Shown in pieces: positions 26,601-40,267 of a stretch of DNA of 64,000 bases (position 1 is its first letter; every line of letters begins with the position of its first letter). The notes under the pieces were generated by a model. It worked only from the letters and a program-made list of their open reading frames with translations, did no database searches and was not told the origin of the DNA. Position numbers and translations under genes: made by a program. Origin of the DNA: Auanema rhodensis (Eukaryota; Animalia; Nematoda); assembly GCA_964057225.1 (NCBI GenBank), contig OZ059900.1, forward strand, positions 124,001 to 188,000. The letters are read 5' to 3'.

Positions 26601-27418
26601 TTTGAGTCCAATTGGGCTAAATCGCTCATATATATGATCAAAAGCATAGTTTTATTGTCTATGACAACAAAAGTCATTAATTAAACACTAATGATGTTTA
26701 AATCACTAAATTTCGCTCAAATAGCATTACTACACTAAGTATGGTCGTTTTTATGCCTTTAACACCATATACTCACCGATTTTTGGTACAAAATCTGTAA
26801 TACTCGTAAATTTTGATCATATTCGTTAAGATTTGAGAATCAAACACACAATACACAAAATCAGTCTATTTTTATGAGCTTGCACTGATATATATTCATT
26901 TTGATCAAAAAAGGTCGAAAATAGAAAGAATTTTTGAAATTTCCGAGTTTTGAGTAAAATCGCTCATATATATGATCAAAAGCATAGTTTTATTGTCTAA
27001 AACAACAAAAGTCATCAATTAAACGCTAGTGATGTTTAAATACTGAATTTCGCTCAAATAGCATTACTACACTAAGTATGGTCGTTTTTATGCCTTTAAC
27101 ACCATATACTCACCGATTTTTGGTACAAAATCTGTAATACTCGTAAATTTTGATCATATTCGTTAAGATTTGAGAATCAAACACACAATACACGAAATCA
27201 GTCTATTTTTATGAGCTTGCACTGATATATATTCATTTTGATCAAAAAAGGTCGAAAATAGAAAGAATTTTTGAATTTTCCGAGTTTTGAGTCCAATTGG
27301 GCTAAATCGCTCATATATATGATCAAAAGCATAGTTTTATTGTCTATGACAACAAAAGTCATTAATTGAACACTAATGATGTTTAAATCACTAAATTTCG
27401 CTCAAATAGCATTACTAC
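23271..27418 (+). repeat. Tandem duplication of a 6-monomer (2074-bp) unit containing a 337-bp deleted monomer
   Basis: Units are 23271-25344 and 25345-27418. The deletion junction GAGTAAAATCG occurs at about 24881 and 26955. Both units share the ATTGAAC, GCATGG and TCTAAAAC markers. Confidence 0.92.
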
Positions 27419-30400
27419 ACTAAGTATGGTCGTTTTTATGCCTTTAACACCATATACTCACCGATTTTTGGTACAAAATCTGTAATACTCGTAAATTTTG
27501 ATCATATTCGTTAAGATTTGAGAATCAAACACACAATACACAAAATCAGTCTATTTTTATGAGCTTGCACTGATATAGATTCATTTTGATCAAAAAAGGT
27601 CGAAAATAGAAAGAATTTTTGAAATTTCCGAGTTTTGAGTCCAATTTGGCTGAATCGCTCATATATATGATCAAAAGCATAGTTTTATTGTCTATAACAA
27701 CAAAAGTCATCAATTAAACGCTAGTGATGTTTTAATACTGAATTTCGCTCAAATAGCATTACTACACTAAGTATGGTCGTTTTTATGCCTTTAACACCAT
27801 ATACTCACCGATTTTTGGTACAAAATCTGTAATACTCGTAAATTTTGATCATATTCGTTAAGATTTGAAAATCAAACACACAATAAACAAAATCAGTTTA
27901 TTTTTATGAGTTTGCACTGATATATATTCATTTTGATCAAAAAAGGTCGAAAATAGAAAGAATTTTTGAATTTTCCGAGTTTTAAGTCCAATTGGGCTAA
28001 ATCGCTCATATATATGATCAAAAGCATAGTTTTATTGTCTATGACAACAAAAGTCATTAATTAAACACTAATGATGTTTAAATCACTAAATTTCGCTCAA
28101 ATAGCATTACTACACTAAGTATGGTCGTTTTTATGCCTTTAACACCATATACTCACCGATTTTTGGTACAAAATCTGTAATACTCGTAAATTTTGATCAT
28201 ATTCGTTAAGATTTGAGAATCAAACACACAATACACAAAATCAGTCTATTTTTATGAGCTTGCACTGATATATATTCATTTTGATCAAAAAAGGTCGAAA
28301 ATAGAAAGAATTTTTGAAATTTCCGAGTTTTGAGTCTAATTTGGCTAAATCGCTCATATATATGATCAAAAGCATAGTTTTATTGTCTATAACAACAAAA
28401 GTCATCAATTAAACGCTAGTGATGTTTTAATACTGAATTTCGCTCAAATAGCATTACTACACTAAGTATGGTCGTTTTTATGCCTTTAACACCATATACT
28501 CACCGATTTTTGGTACAAAATCTGTAATACTTGTAAATTTTGATCATATTTGTTAAGATTTGAGAATCAAACACACAATACACAAAATCAGTCTATTTTT
28601 ATGAGTTTGCACTGATATATATTCATTTTGATCAAAAAAGGTCGAAAATAGAAAGAATTTTGGAAATGTCCGAGTTTTGAGTCCAATTTGGCTAAATCGC
28701 TCATATATATGATCAAAAGCATAGTTTTATTGTCTATAACAACAAAAGTCATCAATTAAACGCTAGTGATGTTTAAATACTGAATTTCGCTCAAATAGCA
28801 TTACTACACTAAGTATGGTCGTTTTTATGCCTTTAACACCATATACTCACCGATTTTTGGTACAAAATCTGTAATACTTGTAAATTTTGATCATATTTGT
28901 TAAGATTTGAGAATCAAACACACAATACACAAAATCAGTCTATTTTTATGAGTTTGCACTGATATATATTCATTTTGATCAAAAAAGGTCGAAAATAGAA
29001 AGAATTTTGGAAATGTCCGAGTTTTGAGTCCAATTTGGCTAAATCGCTCATATATATGATCAAAAGCATAGTTTTATTGTCTATAACAACAAAAGTCATC
29101 AATTAAACGCTAGTGATGTTTAAATACTGAATTTCGCTCAAATAGCATAACTACACTAAGTATGGTCGTTTTTATGCCTTTAACACCATATACTCACCGA
29201 TTTTTGGTACAAAATCTGTAATACTCGTAAATTTTGATCATATTCGTTAAGATTTGAGAATCAAACATACAATACACGAAATCAGTCTATTTTTATGAGC
29301 TTGCACTGATATATATTCATTTTGATCAAAAAAGGTCGAAAATAGAAAGAATTTTTGAAATTTCCGAGTTTTGAGTCTAATTTGGCTAAATCGCTCATAT
29401 ATATGATCAGAAGCATAGTTTTGTTGTCTATGACAACAAAAGTCATCAATTAAACGCTAGTGATGTTTAAATACTGATTTTCGCTCAAATAGCATTACTA
29501 CACTAAGTATGGTCGTTTTTACGCCTTTAACACCATATACTCACCGATTTTTGGTACAAAATCTGTAATACTCGTAAATTTTGATCATATTCGTTAAGAT
29601 TCGAGAATCAAACACACAATACACAAAATCAGTCTATTTTCATGAGCTTGCACTGATATATATTCATTTTGATCAAAAAAGGTCGAAAATAGAAAGAATT
29701 TTTGAAATTTCCGAGTTTTGAGTCCAATTTGGCTAAATCGCTCATATATATGATCAAAAGCATAGTTTTATTGTCTATAACAACAAAAGTCATCAATTAA
29801 ACGCTAGTGATGTTTAAATACTGAATTTCGCTCAAATAGCATTACTACACTAAGTATGGTCGTTTTTATGCCTTTAACACCATATACTCACCGATTTTTG
29901 GTACAAAATCTGTAATACTCGTAAATTTTGATCATATTCGTTAAGATTTGAGAATCAAACACACAATACACGAAATCAGTCTATTTTTATGAGCTTGCAC
30001 TGATATATATTCATTTTGATCAAAAAAGGTCGAAAATAGAAAGAATTTTTGAATTTTCCGAGTTTTGAGTCCAATTGGGCTAAATCGCTCATATATATGA
30101 TCAAAAGCATAGTTTTATTGTCTATGACAACAAAAGTCATTAATTAAACACTAATGATGTTTAAATCACTAAATTTCGCTCAAATAGCATTACTACACTA
30201 AGTATGGTCGTTTTTATGCCTTTAACACCATATACTCACCGATTTTTGGTACAAAATCTGTAATACTCGTAAATTTTGATCATATTCGTTAAGATTTGAA
30301 AATCAAACACACAATAAACAAAATCAGTTTATTTTTATGAGTTTGCACTGATATATATTCATTTTGATCAAAAAAGGTCGAAAATAGAAAGAATTTTTGA

Positions 30401-32974
30401 AATTTCCGAGTTTTGAGTCTAATTTGGCTAAATCGCTCATATATATGATCAGAAGCATAGTTTTGTTGTCTATGACAACAAAAGTCATCAATTAAACGCT
30501 AGTGATGTTTAAATACTGATTTTCGCTCAAATAGCATTACTACACTAAGTATGGTCGTTTTTACGCCTTTAACACCATATACTCAGCGATTTTTGGTACA
30601 AAATCTGTAATACTCGTAAATTTTGATCATATTCGTTAAGATTTGAGAATCAAACACACAATACACAAAATCAGTCTATTTTCATGAGCTTGCACTGATA
30701 TATATTCATTTTGATCAAAAAAGGTCGAAAATAGAAAGAATTTTTGAAATTTCCGAGTTTTGAGTCCAATTTGGCTAAATCGCTCATATATATGATCAAA
30801 AGCATAGTTTTATTGTCTATAACAACAAAAGTCATCAATTAAACGCTAGTGATGTTTAAATACTGAATTTCGCTCAAATAGCATTACTACACTAAGTATG
30901 GTCGTTTTTATGCCTTTAACACCATATACTCACCGATTTTTGGTACAAAATCTGTAATACTCGTAAATTTTGATCATATTCGTTAAGATTTGAGAATCAA
31001 ACACACAATACACGAAATCAGTCTATTTTTATGAGCTTGCACTGATATATATTCATTTTGATCAAAAAAGGTCGAAAATAGAAAGAATTTTTGAATTTTC
31101 CGAGTTTTGAGTCCAATTGGGCTAAATCGCTCATATATATGATCAAAAGCATAGTTTTATTGTCTATGACAACAAAAGTCATTAATTAAACACTAATGAT
31201 GTTTAAATCACTAAATTTCGCTCAAATAGCATTACTACACTAAGTATGGTCGTTTTTATGCCTTTAACACCATATACTCACCGATTTTTGGTACAAAATC
31301 TGTAATACTCGTAAATTTTGATCATATTCGTTAAGATTTGAAAATCAAACACACAATAAACAAAATCAGTTTATTTTTATGAGTTTGCACTGATATATAT
31401 TCATTTTGATCAAAAAAGGTCGAAAATAGAAAGAATTTTTGAATTTTCCGAGTTTTGAGTCCAATTGGGCTAAATCGCTCATATATATGATCAAAAGCAT
31501 AGTTTTATTGTCTATGACAACAAAAGTCATTAATTAAACACTAATGATGTTTAAATCACTAAATTTCGCTCAAATAGCATTACTACACTAAGTATGGTCG
31601 TTTTTATGCCTTTAACACAATATACTCACCGATTTTTGGTACAAAATCTGTAATACTCGTAAATTTTGATCATATTCGTTAAGATTTGAGAATCAAACAC
31701 ACAATACACAAAATCAGTCTATTTTTATGAGCTTGCACTGATATATATTCATTTTGATCAAAAAAGGTCGAAAATAGAAAGAATTTTTGAAATTTCCGAG
31801 TTTTGAGTCCAATTTGGCTAAATCGCTCATATATATGATCAAAAGCATAGTTTTATTGTCTATAACAACAAAAGTCATCAATTAAACGCTAGTGATGTTT
31901 TAATACTGAATTTCGCTCAAATAGCATTACTACACTAAGTATGGTCGTTTTTATGCCTTTAACACCATATACTCACCGATTTTTGGTACAAAATCTGTAA
32001 TACTTGTAAATTTTGATCATATTTGTTAAGATTTGAGAATCAAACACACAATACACAAAATCAGTCTATTTTTATGAGTTTGCACTGATATATATTCATT
32101 TTGATCAAAAAAGGTCGAAAATAGAAAGAATTTTGGAAATGTCCGAGTTTTGAGTCCAATTTGGCTAAATCGCTCATATATATGATCAAAAGCATAGTTT
32201 CATTGTCTATAACAACAAAAGTCATCAATTAAACGCTAGTGATGTTTTAATACTGAATTTCGCTCAAATAGCATTACTACACTAAGTATGGTCGTTTTTA
32301 TGCCTTTAACACCATATACTCACCGATTTTTGGTACAAAATCTGTAATACTTGTAAATTTTGATCATATTTGTTAAGATTTGAGAATCAAACACACAATA
32401 CACAAAATCAGTCTATTTTTATGAGTTTGCACTGATATATATTCATTTTGATCAAAAAAGGTCGAAAATAGAAAGAATTTTGGAAATGTCCGAGTTTTGA
32501 GTCCAATTTGGCTAAATCGCTCATATATATGATCAAAAGCATAGTTTTATTGTCTATAACAACAAAAGTCATCAATTAAACGCTAGTGATGTTTAAATAC
32601 TGAATTTCGCTCAAATAGCATAACTACACTAAGTATGGTCGTTTTTATGCCTTTAACACCATATACTCACCGATTTTTGGTACAAAATCTGTAATACTCG
32701 TAAATTTTGATCATATTCGTTAAGATTCGAGAATCAAACATACAATACACGAAATCAGTCTATTTTTATGAGCTTGCACTGATATATATTCATTTTGATC
32801 AAAAAAGGTCGAAAATAGAAAGAATTTTTGAAATTTCCGAGTTTTGAGTCCAATTTGGCTGAATCGCTCATATATATGATCAAAAGCATAGTTTTATTGT
32901 CTATAACAACAAAAGTCATCAATTAAACGCTAGTGATGTTTTAATACTGAATTTCGCTCAAATAGCATTACTAC

Positions 32975-35900
32975 ACTAAGTATGGTCGTTTTTATGCCTT
33001 TAACACCATATACTCACCGATTTTTGGTACAAAATCTGTAATACTCGTAAATTTTGATCATATTCGTTAAGATTTGAAAATCAAACACACAATAAACAAA
33101 ATCAGTCTATTTTTATGAGTTTGCACTGATATATATTCATTTTGATCAAAAAAGGTCGAAAATAGAAAGAATTTTTGAATTTTCCGAGTTTTGAGTCCAA
33201 TTGGGCTAAATCGCTCATATATATGATCAAAAGCATAGTTTTATTGTCTATGACAACAAAAGTCATTAATTAAACACTAATGATGTTTAAATCACTAAAT
33301 TTCGCTCAAATAGCATTACTACACTAAGTATGGTCGTTTTTATGCCTTTAACACCATATACTCACCGATTTTTGGTACAAAATCTGTAATACTCGTAAAT
33401 TTTGATCATATTCGTTAAGATTTGAGAATCAAACACACAATACACAAAATCAGTCTATTTTTATGAGCTTGCACTGATATATATTCATTTTGATCAAAAA
33501 AGGTCGAAAATAGAAAGAATTTTTGAAATTTCCGAGTTTTGAGTCCAATTTGGCTAAATCGCTCATATATATGATCAAAAGCATAGTTTTATTGTCTATA
33601 ACAACAAAAGTCATCAATTAAACGCTAGTGATGTTTTAATACTGAATTTCGCTAAAATAGCATTACTACACTAAGTATGGTCGTTTTTATGCCTTTAACA
33701 CCATATACTCACTGATTTTTGGTACAAAATCTGTAATACTTGTAAATTTTGATCATATTTGTTAAGATTTGAGAATCAAACACACAATACACAAAATCAG
33801 TCTATTTTTATGAGTTTGCACTGATATATATTCATTTTGATCAAAAAAGGTCGAAAATAGAAAGAATTTTGGAAATGTCCGAGTTTTGAGTCCAATTTGG
33901 CTAAATCGCTCATATATATGATCAAAAGCATAGTTTTATTGTCTATAACAACAAAAATCATCAATTAAACGCTAGTGATGTTTAAATACTGAATTTCGCT
34001 CAAATAGCATTACTACACTAAGTATGGTCGTTTTTATGCCTTTAACACCATATACTCACCGATTTTTGGTACAAAATCTGTAATACTCGTAAATTTTGAT
34101 CATATTCGTTAAGATTTGAGAATCAAACACACAATACACAAAATCAGTCTATTTTTATGAGCTTGCACTGATATATATTCATTTTGATCAAAAAAGGTCG
34201 AAAATAGAAAGAATTTTTGAATTTTCCGAGTTTTGAGTCCAATTGGGCTAAATCGCTCATATATATGATCAAAAGCATAGTTTTATTGTCTATGACAACA
34301 AAAGTCATTAATTAAACACTAATGATGTTTAAATTACTAAATTTCGCTCAAATAGCATTACTACACTAAGTATGGTCGTATTTATGCCTTTAACACCATA
34401 TACTCACCGATTTTTGGTACAAAATCTGTAATACTCGTAAATTTTGATCATATTCGTTAAGATTTGAGAATCAAACACACAATACACAAAATCAGTCTAT
34501 TTTGATGAGCTTGCACTGATATATATTCATTTTGATCAAAAAAGGTCGAAAATAGAAAGAATTTTTGAATTTTCCGAGTTTTGAGTCCAATTGGGCTAAA
34601 TCGCTCATATATATGATCAAAAGCATAGTTTTATTGTCTATAACAACAAAAGTCATCAATTAAACGCTAGTGATGTTTTAATACTGAATTTCGCTCAAAT
34701 AGCATTACTACACTAAGTATGGTCGTTTTTATGCCTTTAACACCATATACTCACCGATTTTTGGTACAAAATCTGTAATACTCGTAAATTTTGATCATAT
34801 TCGTTAAGATTTGAGAATCAAACACACAATACACAAAATCAGTCTATTTTTATGAGCTTGCACTGATATATATTCATTTTGATCAAAAAAGGTCGAAAAT
34901 AGAAAGAATTTTTGAAATTTCCGAGTTTTGAGTCCAATTTGGCTAAATCGCTCATATATATGATCAAAAGCATAGTTTTATTGTCTATGACAACAAAAGT
35001 CATTAATTAAACACTAATGATGTTTAAATACTGAATTTCGCTCAAATAGCATTACTACACTAAGTATGGTCGTTTTTATGCCTTTAACACCATATACTCA
35101 CCGATTTTTGGTACAAAATCTGTAATACTCGTAAATTTTGATCATATTCGTTAAGATTTGAGAATCAAACACACAATACACAAAATCAGTCTATTTTTAT
35201 GAGCTTGCACTGATATATATTCATTTTGATCAAAAAAGGTCGAAAATAGAAAGAATTTTTGAAATTTCCGAGTTTTGAGTCCAATTTGGCTAAATCGCTC
35301 ATATATATGATCAAAAGCATAGTTTTATTGTCTATAACAACAAAAGTCATCAATTAAACGCTAGTGATGTTTTAATACTGAATTTCGCTCAAATAGCATT
35401 ACTACACTAAGTATGGTCGTTTTTATGCCTTTAACACCATATACTCACCGATTTTTGGTACAAAATCTGTAATACTTGTAAATTTTGATCATATTTGTTA
35501 AGATTTGAGAATCAAACATACAATACACGAAATCAGTCTATTTTTATGAGCTTGCACTGATATATATTCATTTTGATCAAAAAAGGTCGAAAATAGAAAG
35601 AATTTTTGAAATTTCCGAGTTTTGAGTCCAATTTGGCTAAATCGCTCATATATATGATCAAAAGCATAGTTTTATTGTCTATGACAACAAAAGTCATTAA
35701 TTAAACACTAATGATGTTTAAATACTGAATTTCGCTCAAATAGCATTACTACACTAAGTATGGTCGTTTTTATGCCTTTAACACCATATACTCACCGATT
35801 TTTGGTACAAAATCTGTAATACTCGTAAATTTTGATCATATTCGTTAAGATTTGAGAATCAAACACACAATACACAAAATCAGTCTATTTTTATGAGCTT

Positions 35901-38900
35901 GCACTGATATATATTCATTTTGATCAAAAAAGGTCGAAAATAGAAAGAATTTTTGAAATTTCCGAGTTTTGAGTCTAATTTGGCTAAATCGCTCATATAT
36001 ATGATCAGAAGCAAAGTTTTATTGTCTATGATAACAAAAGTCATCAATTAAACGCTAGTGATGTTTAAATACTGATTTTCGCTCAAATAGCATTACTACA
36101 CTAAGTATGGTCGTTTTTATGCCTTTAACACCATATACTCACCGATTTTTGGTACAAAATCTGTAATACTCGTAAATTTTGATCATATTCGTTAAGATTT
36201 GAGAATCAAACACACAATACACAAAGTCAGTCTATTTTTATGAGCTTGCACTGATATATATTCATTTTGATCAAAAAAGGTCGAAAATAGAAAGAATTTT
36301 TGAAATTTCCGAGTTTTGAGTCCAATTTGGCTAAATCGCTCATATATATGATCAAAAGCATAGTTCTATTGTCTATAACAACAAAAGTCATCAATTAAAC
36401 GCTAGTGATGTTTAAATACTGAATTTCGCTCAAATAGCATTACTACACTAAGTATGGTCGTTTTTATGCCTTTAACACCATATACTCACCGATTTTTGGT
36501 ACAAAATCTGTAATACTCGTAAATTTTGATCATATTCGTTAAGATTTGAGAATCAAACACACAATACACGAAATCAGTCTATTTTCATGAGCTTGCACTG
36601 ATATATATTCATTTTGATCAAAAAAGGTCGAAAATAGAAAGAATTTTTGAATTTTCCGAGTTTTGAGTCCAATTGGGCTAAATCGCTCATATATATGATC
36701 AAAAGCATAGTTTTATTGTCTATGACAACAAAAGTCATTAATTACACACTAATGATGTTTAAATCACTAAATTTCGCTCAAATAGCATTACTACACTAAG
36801 TATGGTCGTTTTTATGCCTTTAACACCATATACTCACCGATTTTTGGTACAAAATCTGTAATACTCGTAAATTTTGATCATATTCGTTAAGATTTGAGAA
36901 TCAAACACACAATACACAAAATCAGTCTATTTTTATGAGCTTGCACTGATATATATTCATTTTGATCAAAAAAGGTCGAAAATAGAAAGAATTTTTGAAA
37001 TTTCCGAGTTTTGAGTCCAATTTGGCTAAATCGCTCATATATATGATCAAAAGCATAGTTTTATTGTCTATAACAACAAAAGTCATCAATTAAACGCTAG
37101 TGATGTTTTAATACTGAATTTCGCTCAAATAGCATTACTACACTAAGTATGGTCGTTTTTATGCCTTTAACACCATATACTCACCGATTTTTGGTACAAA
37201 ATCTGTAATACTTGTAAATTTTGATCATATTTGTTAAGATTTGAGAATCAAACACACAATACACAAAATCAGTCTATTTTTATGAGTTTGCACTGATATA
37301 TATTCATTTTGATCAAAAAAGGTCGAAAATAGAAAGAATTTTGGAAATGTCCGAGTTTTGAGTCCAATTTGGCTAAATCGCTCATATATATGATCAAAAG
37401 CATAGTTTTATTGTCTATAACAACAAAAGTCATCAATTAAACGCTAGTGATGTTTAAATACTGAATTTCGCTCGAATAGCATTACTACACTAAGTATGGT
37501 CGTTTTTATGCCTTTAACACCATATACTCACCGATTTTTGGTACAAAATCTGTAATACTCGTAAATTTTGATCATATTCGTTAAGATTTGAGAATCAAAC
37601 ATACAATACACAAAATCAGTCTATTTTCATGAGCTTGCACTGATATATATTCATTTTGATCAAAAAAGGTCGAAAATAGAAAGAATTTTTGAAATTTACG
37701 AGTTTTGAGTCTAATTTGGCTAAATCGCTCATATATATGATCAGAAGCATAGTTTTATTGTCTATGACAACAAAAGTCATTAGTTAAACACTAATGATGT
37801 TTAAATCACTAAATTTCGCTCAAATAGCATTACTACACTAAGTATGGTCGTTTTTATGCCTTTAACACCATATACTCACCGATTTTTGGTACAAAATCTG
37901 TAATACTTGTAAATTTTGATCATATTTGTTAAGATTTGAGAATCAAACACACAATACACAAAATCAGTCTATTTTTATGAGTTTGCACTGATATATATTC
38001 ATTTTGATCAAAAAAGGTCGAAAATAGAAAGAATTTTGGAAATGTCCGAGTTTTGAGTCCAATTTGGCTAAATCGCTCATATATATGATCAAAAGCATAG
38101 TTTTATTGTCTATAACAACAAAAGTCATCAATTAAACGCTAGTGATGTTTAAATACTGAATTTCGCTCAAATAGCATAACTACACTAAGTATGGTCGTTT
38201 TTATGCCTTTAACACCATATACTCACCGATTTTTGGTACAAAATCTGTAATACTCGTAAATTTTGATCATATTCGTTAAGATTTGAGAATCAAACATACA
38301 ATACACGAAATCAGTCTATTTTTATGAGCTTGTACTGATATATATTCATTTTGATCAAAAAAGATCGAAAATAGAAAGAATTTTTGAAATTTCCGAGTTT
38401 TGAGTCTAATTTGGCTAAATCGCTCATATATATGATCAGAAGCATAGTTTTGTTGTCTATGACAACAAAAGTCATCAATTAAACGCTAGTGATGTTTAAA
38501 TACTGATTTTCGCTCAAATAGCATTACTACACTAAGTATGGTCGTTTTTATGCCTTTAACACCATATACTCACCGATTTTTGGTACAAAATCTGTAATAC
38601 TCGTAAATTTTGATCATATTCGTTAAGATTTGAGAATCAAACACACAATACACAAAATCAGTCTATTTTGATGAGCTTGCACTGATATATATTCATTTTG
38701 ATCAAAAAAGGTCGAAAATAGAAAGAATTTTTGAAATTTCCGAGTTTTGAGTCCAATTTGGCTAAATCGCTCATATATATGATCAAAAGCATAGTTTTAT
38801 TGTCTATAACAACAAAAGTCATCAATTAAACGCTAGTGATGTTTAAATACTGAATTTCGCTCAAATAGCATTACTACACTAAGTATGGTCGTTTTTATGC

Positions 38901-40267
38901 CTTTAACACCATATACTCACCGATTTTTGGTACAAATTCTGTAATACTCGTAAATTTTGATCATATTCGTTAAGATTCGAGAATCAAACATACAATACAC
39001 GAAATCAGTCTATTTTTATGAGCTTGCACTGATATATATTCATTTTGATCAAAAAAGGTCGAAAATAGAAAGAATTTTTGAAATTTCCGAGTTTTGAGTC
39101 CAATTTGGCTAAATCGCTCATATATATGATCAAAAGCATAGTTTTATTGTCTATAACAACAAAAGTCATCAATTAAACGCTAGTGATGTTTAAATACTGA
39201 ATTTCGCTCAAATAGCATTACTACACTAAGTATGGTCGTTTTTATGCCTTTAACACCATATACTCACCGATTTTTGGTACAAAATCTGTAATACTCGTAA
39301 ATTTTGATCATATTCGTTAAGATTCGAGAATCAAACACACAATACACGAAATCAGTCTATTTTTATGAGCTTGCACTGATATATATTCATTTTGATCAAA
39401 AAAGGTCGAAAATAGAAAGAATTTTTGAATTTTCCGAGTTTTGAGTCCAATTGGGCTAAATCGCTCATATATATGATCAAAAGCATAGTTTTATTGTCTA
39501 TGACAACAAAAGTCATTAATTAAACACTAATGATGTTTAAATCACTAAATTTCGCTCAAATAGCATTACTACACTAAGTATGGTCGTTTTTATGCCTTTA
39601 ACACCATATACTCACCGATTTTTGGTACAAAATCTGTAATACTCGTAAATTTTGATCATATTCGTTAAGATTTGAGAATCAAACACACAATACACAAAAT
39701 CAGTCTATTTTTATGAGCTTGCACTGATATATATTCATTTTGATCAAAAAAGGTCGAAAATAGAAAGAATTTTTGAAATTTCCGAGTTTTGAGTCCAATT
39801 TGGCTGAATCGCTCATATATATGATCAAAAGCATAGTTTTATTGTCTATAACAACAAAAGTCATCAATTAAACGCTAGTGATGTTTTAATACTGAATTTC
39901 GCTCAAATAGCATTACTACACTAAGTATGGTCGTTTTTATGCCTTTAACACCATATACTCACCGATTTTTGGTACAAAATCTGTAATACTTGTAAATTTT
40001 GATCATATTCGTTAAGATTTGAAAATCAAACACACATTGAACAAAATCAGTTTATTTTTATGAGTTTGCACTGATATATATTCATTTTGATCAAAAAAGG
40101 TCGAAAATAGAAAGAATTTTTGAATTTTCCGAGTTTTGAGTCCAATTGGGCTAAATCGCTCATATATATGATCAAAAGCATAGTTTTATTGTCTATGACA
40201 ACAAAAGTCATTAATTAAACACTAATGATGTTTAAATCACTAAATTTCGCTCAAATAGCATTACTAC
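32975..40267 (+). repeat. Higher-order repeat core, copy 3
   Basis: Same marker order. The TTTACG+CATTAGT monomer is at 37489, 16998 bp (49 monomers) after copy 2. It lacks the TTTTGCT monomer and has one extra chimeric monomer (35406-36099). Confidence 0.88.
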
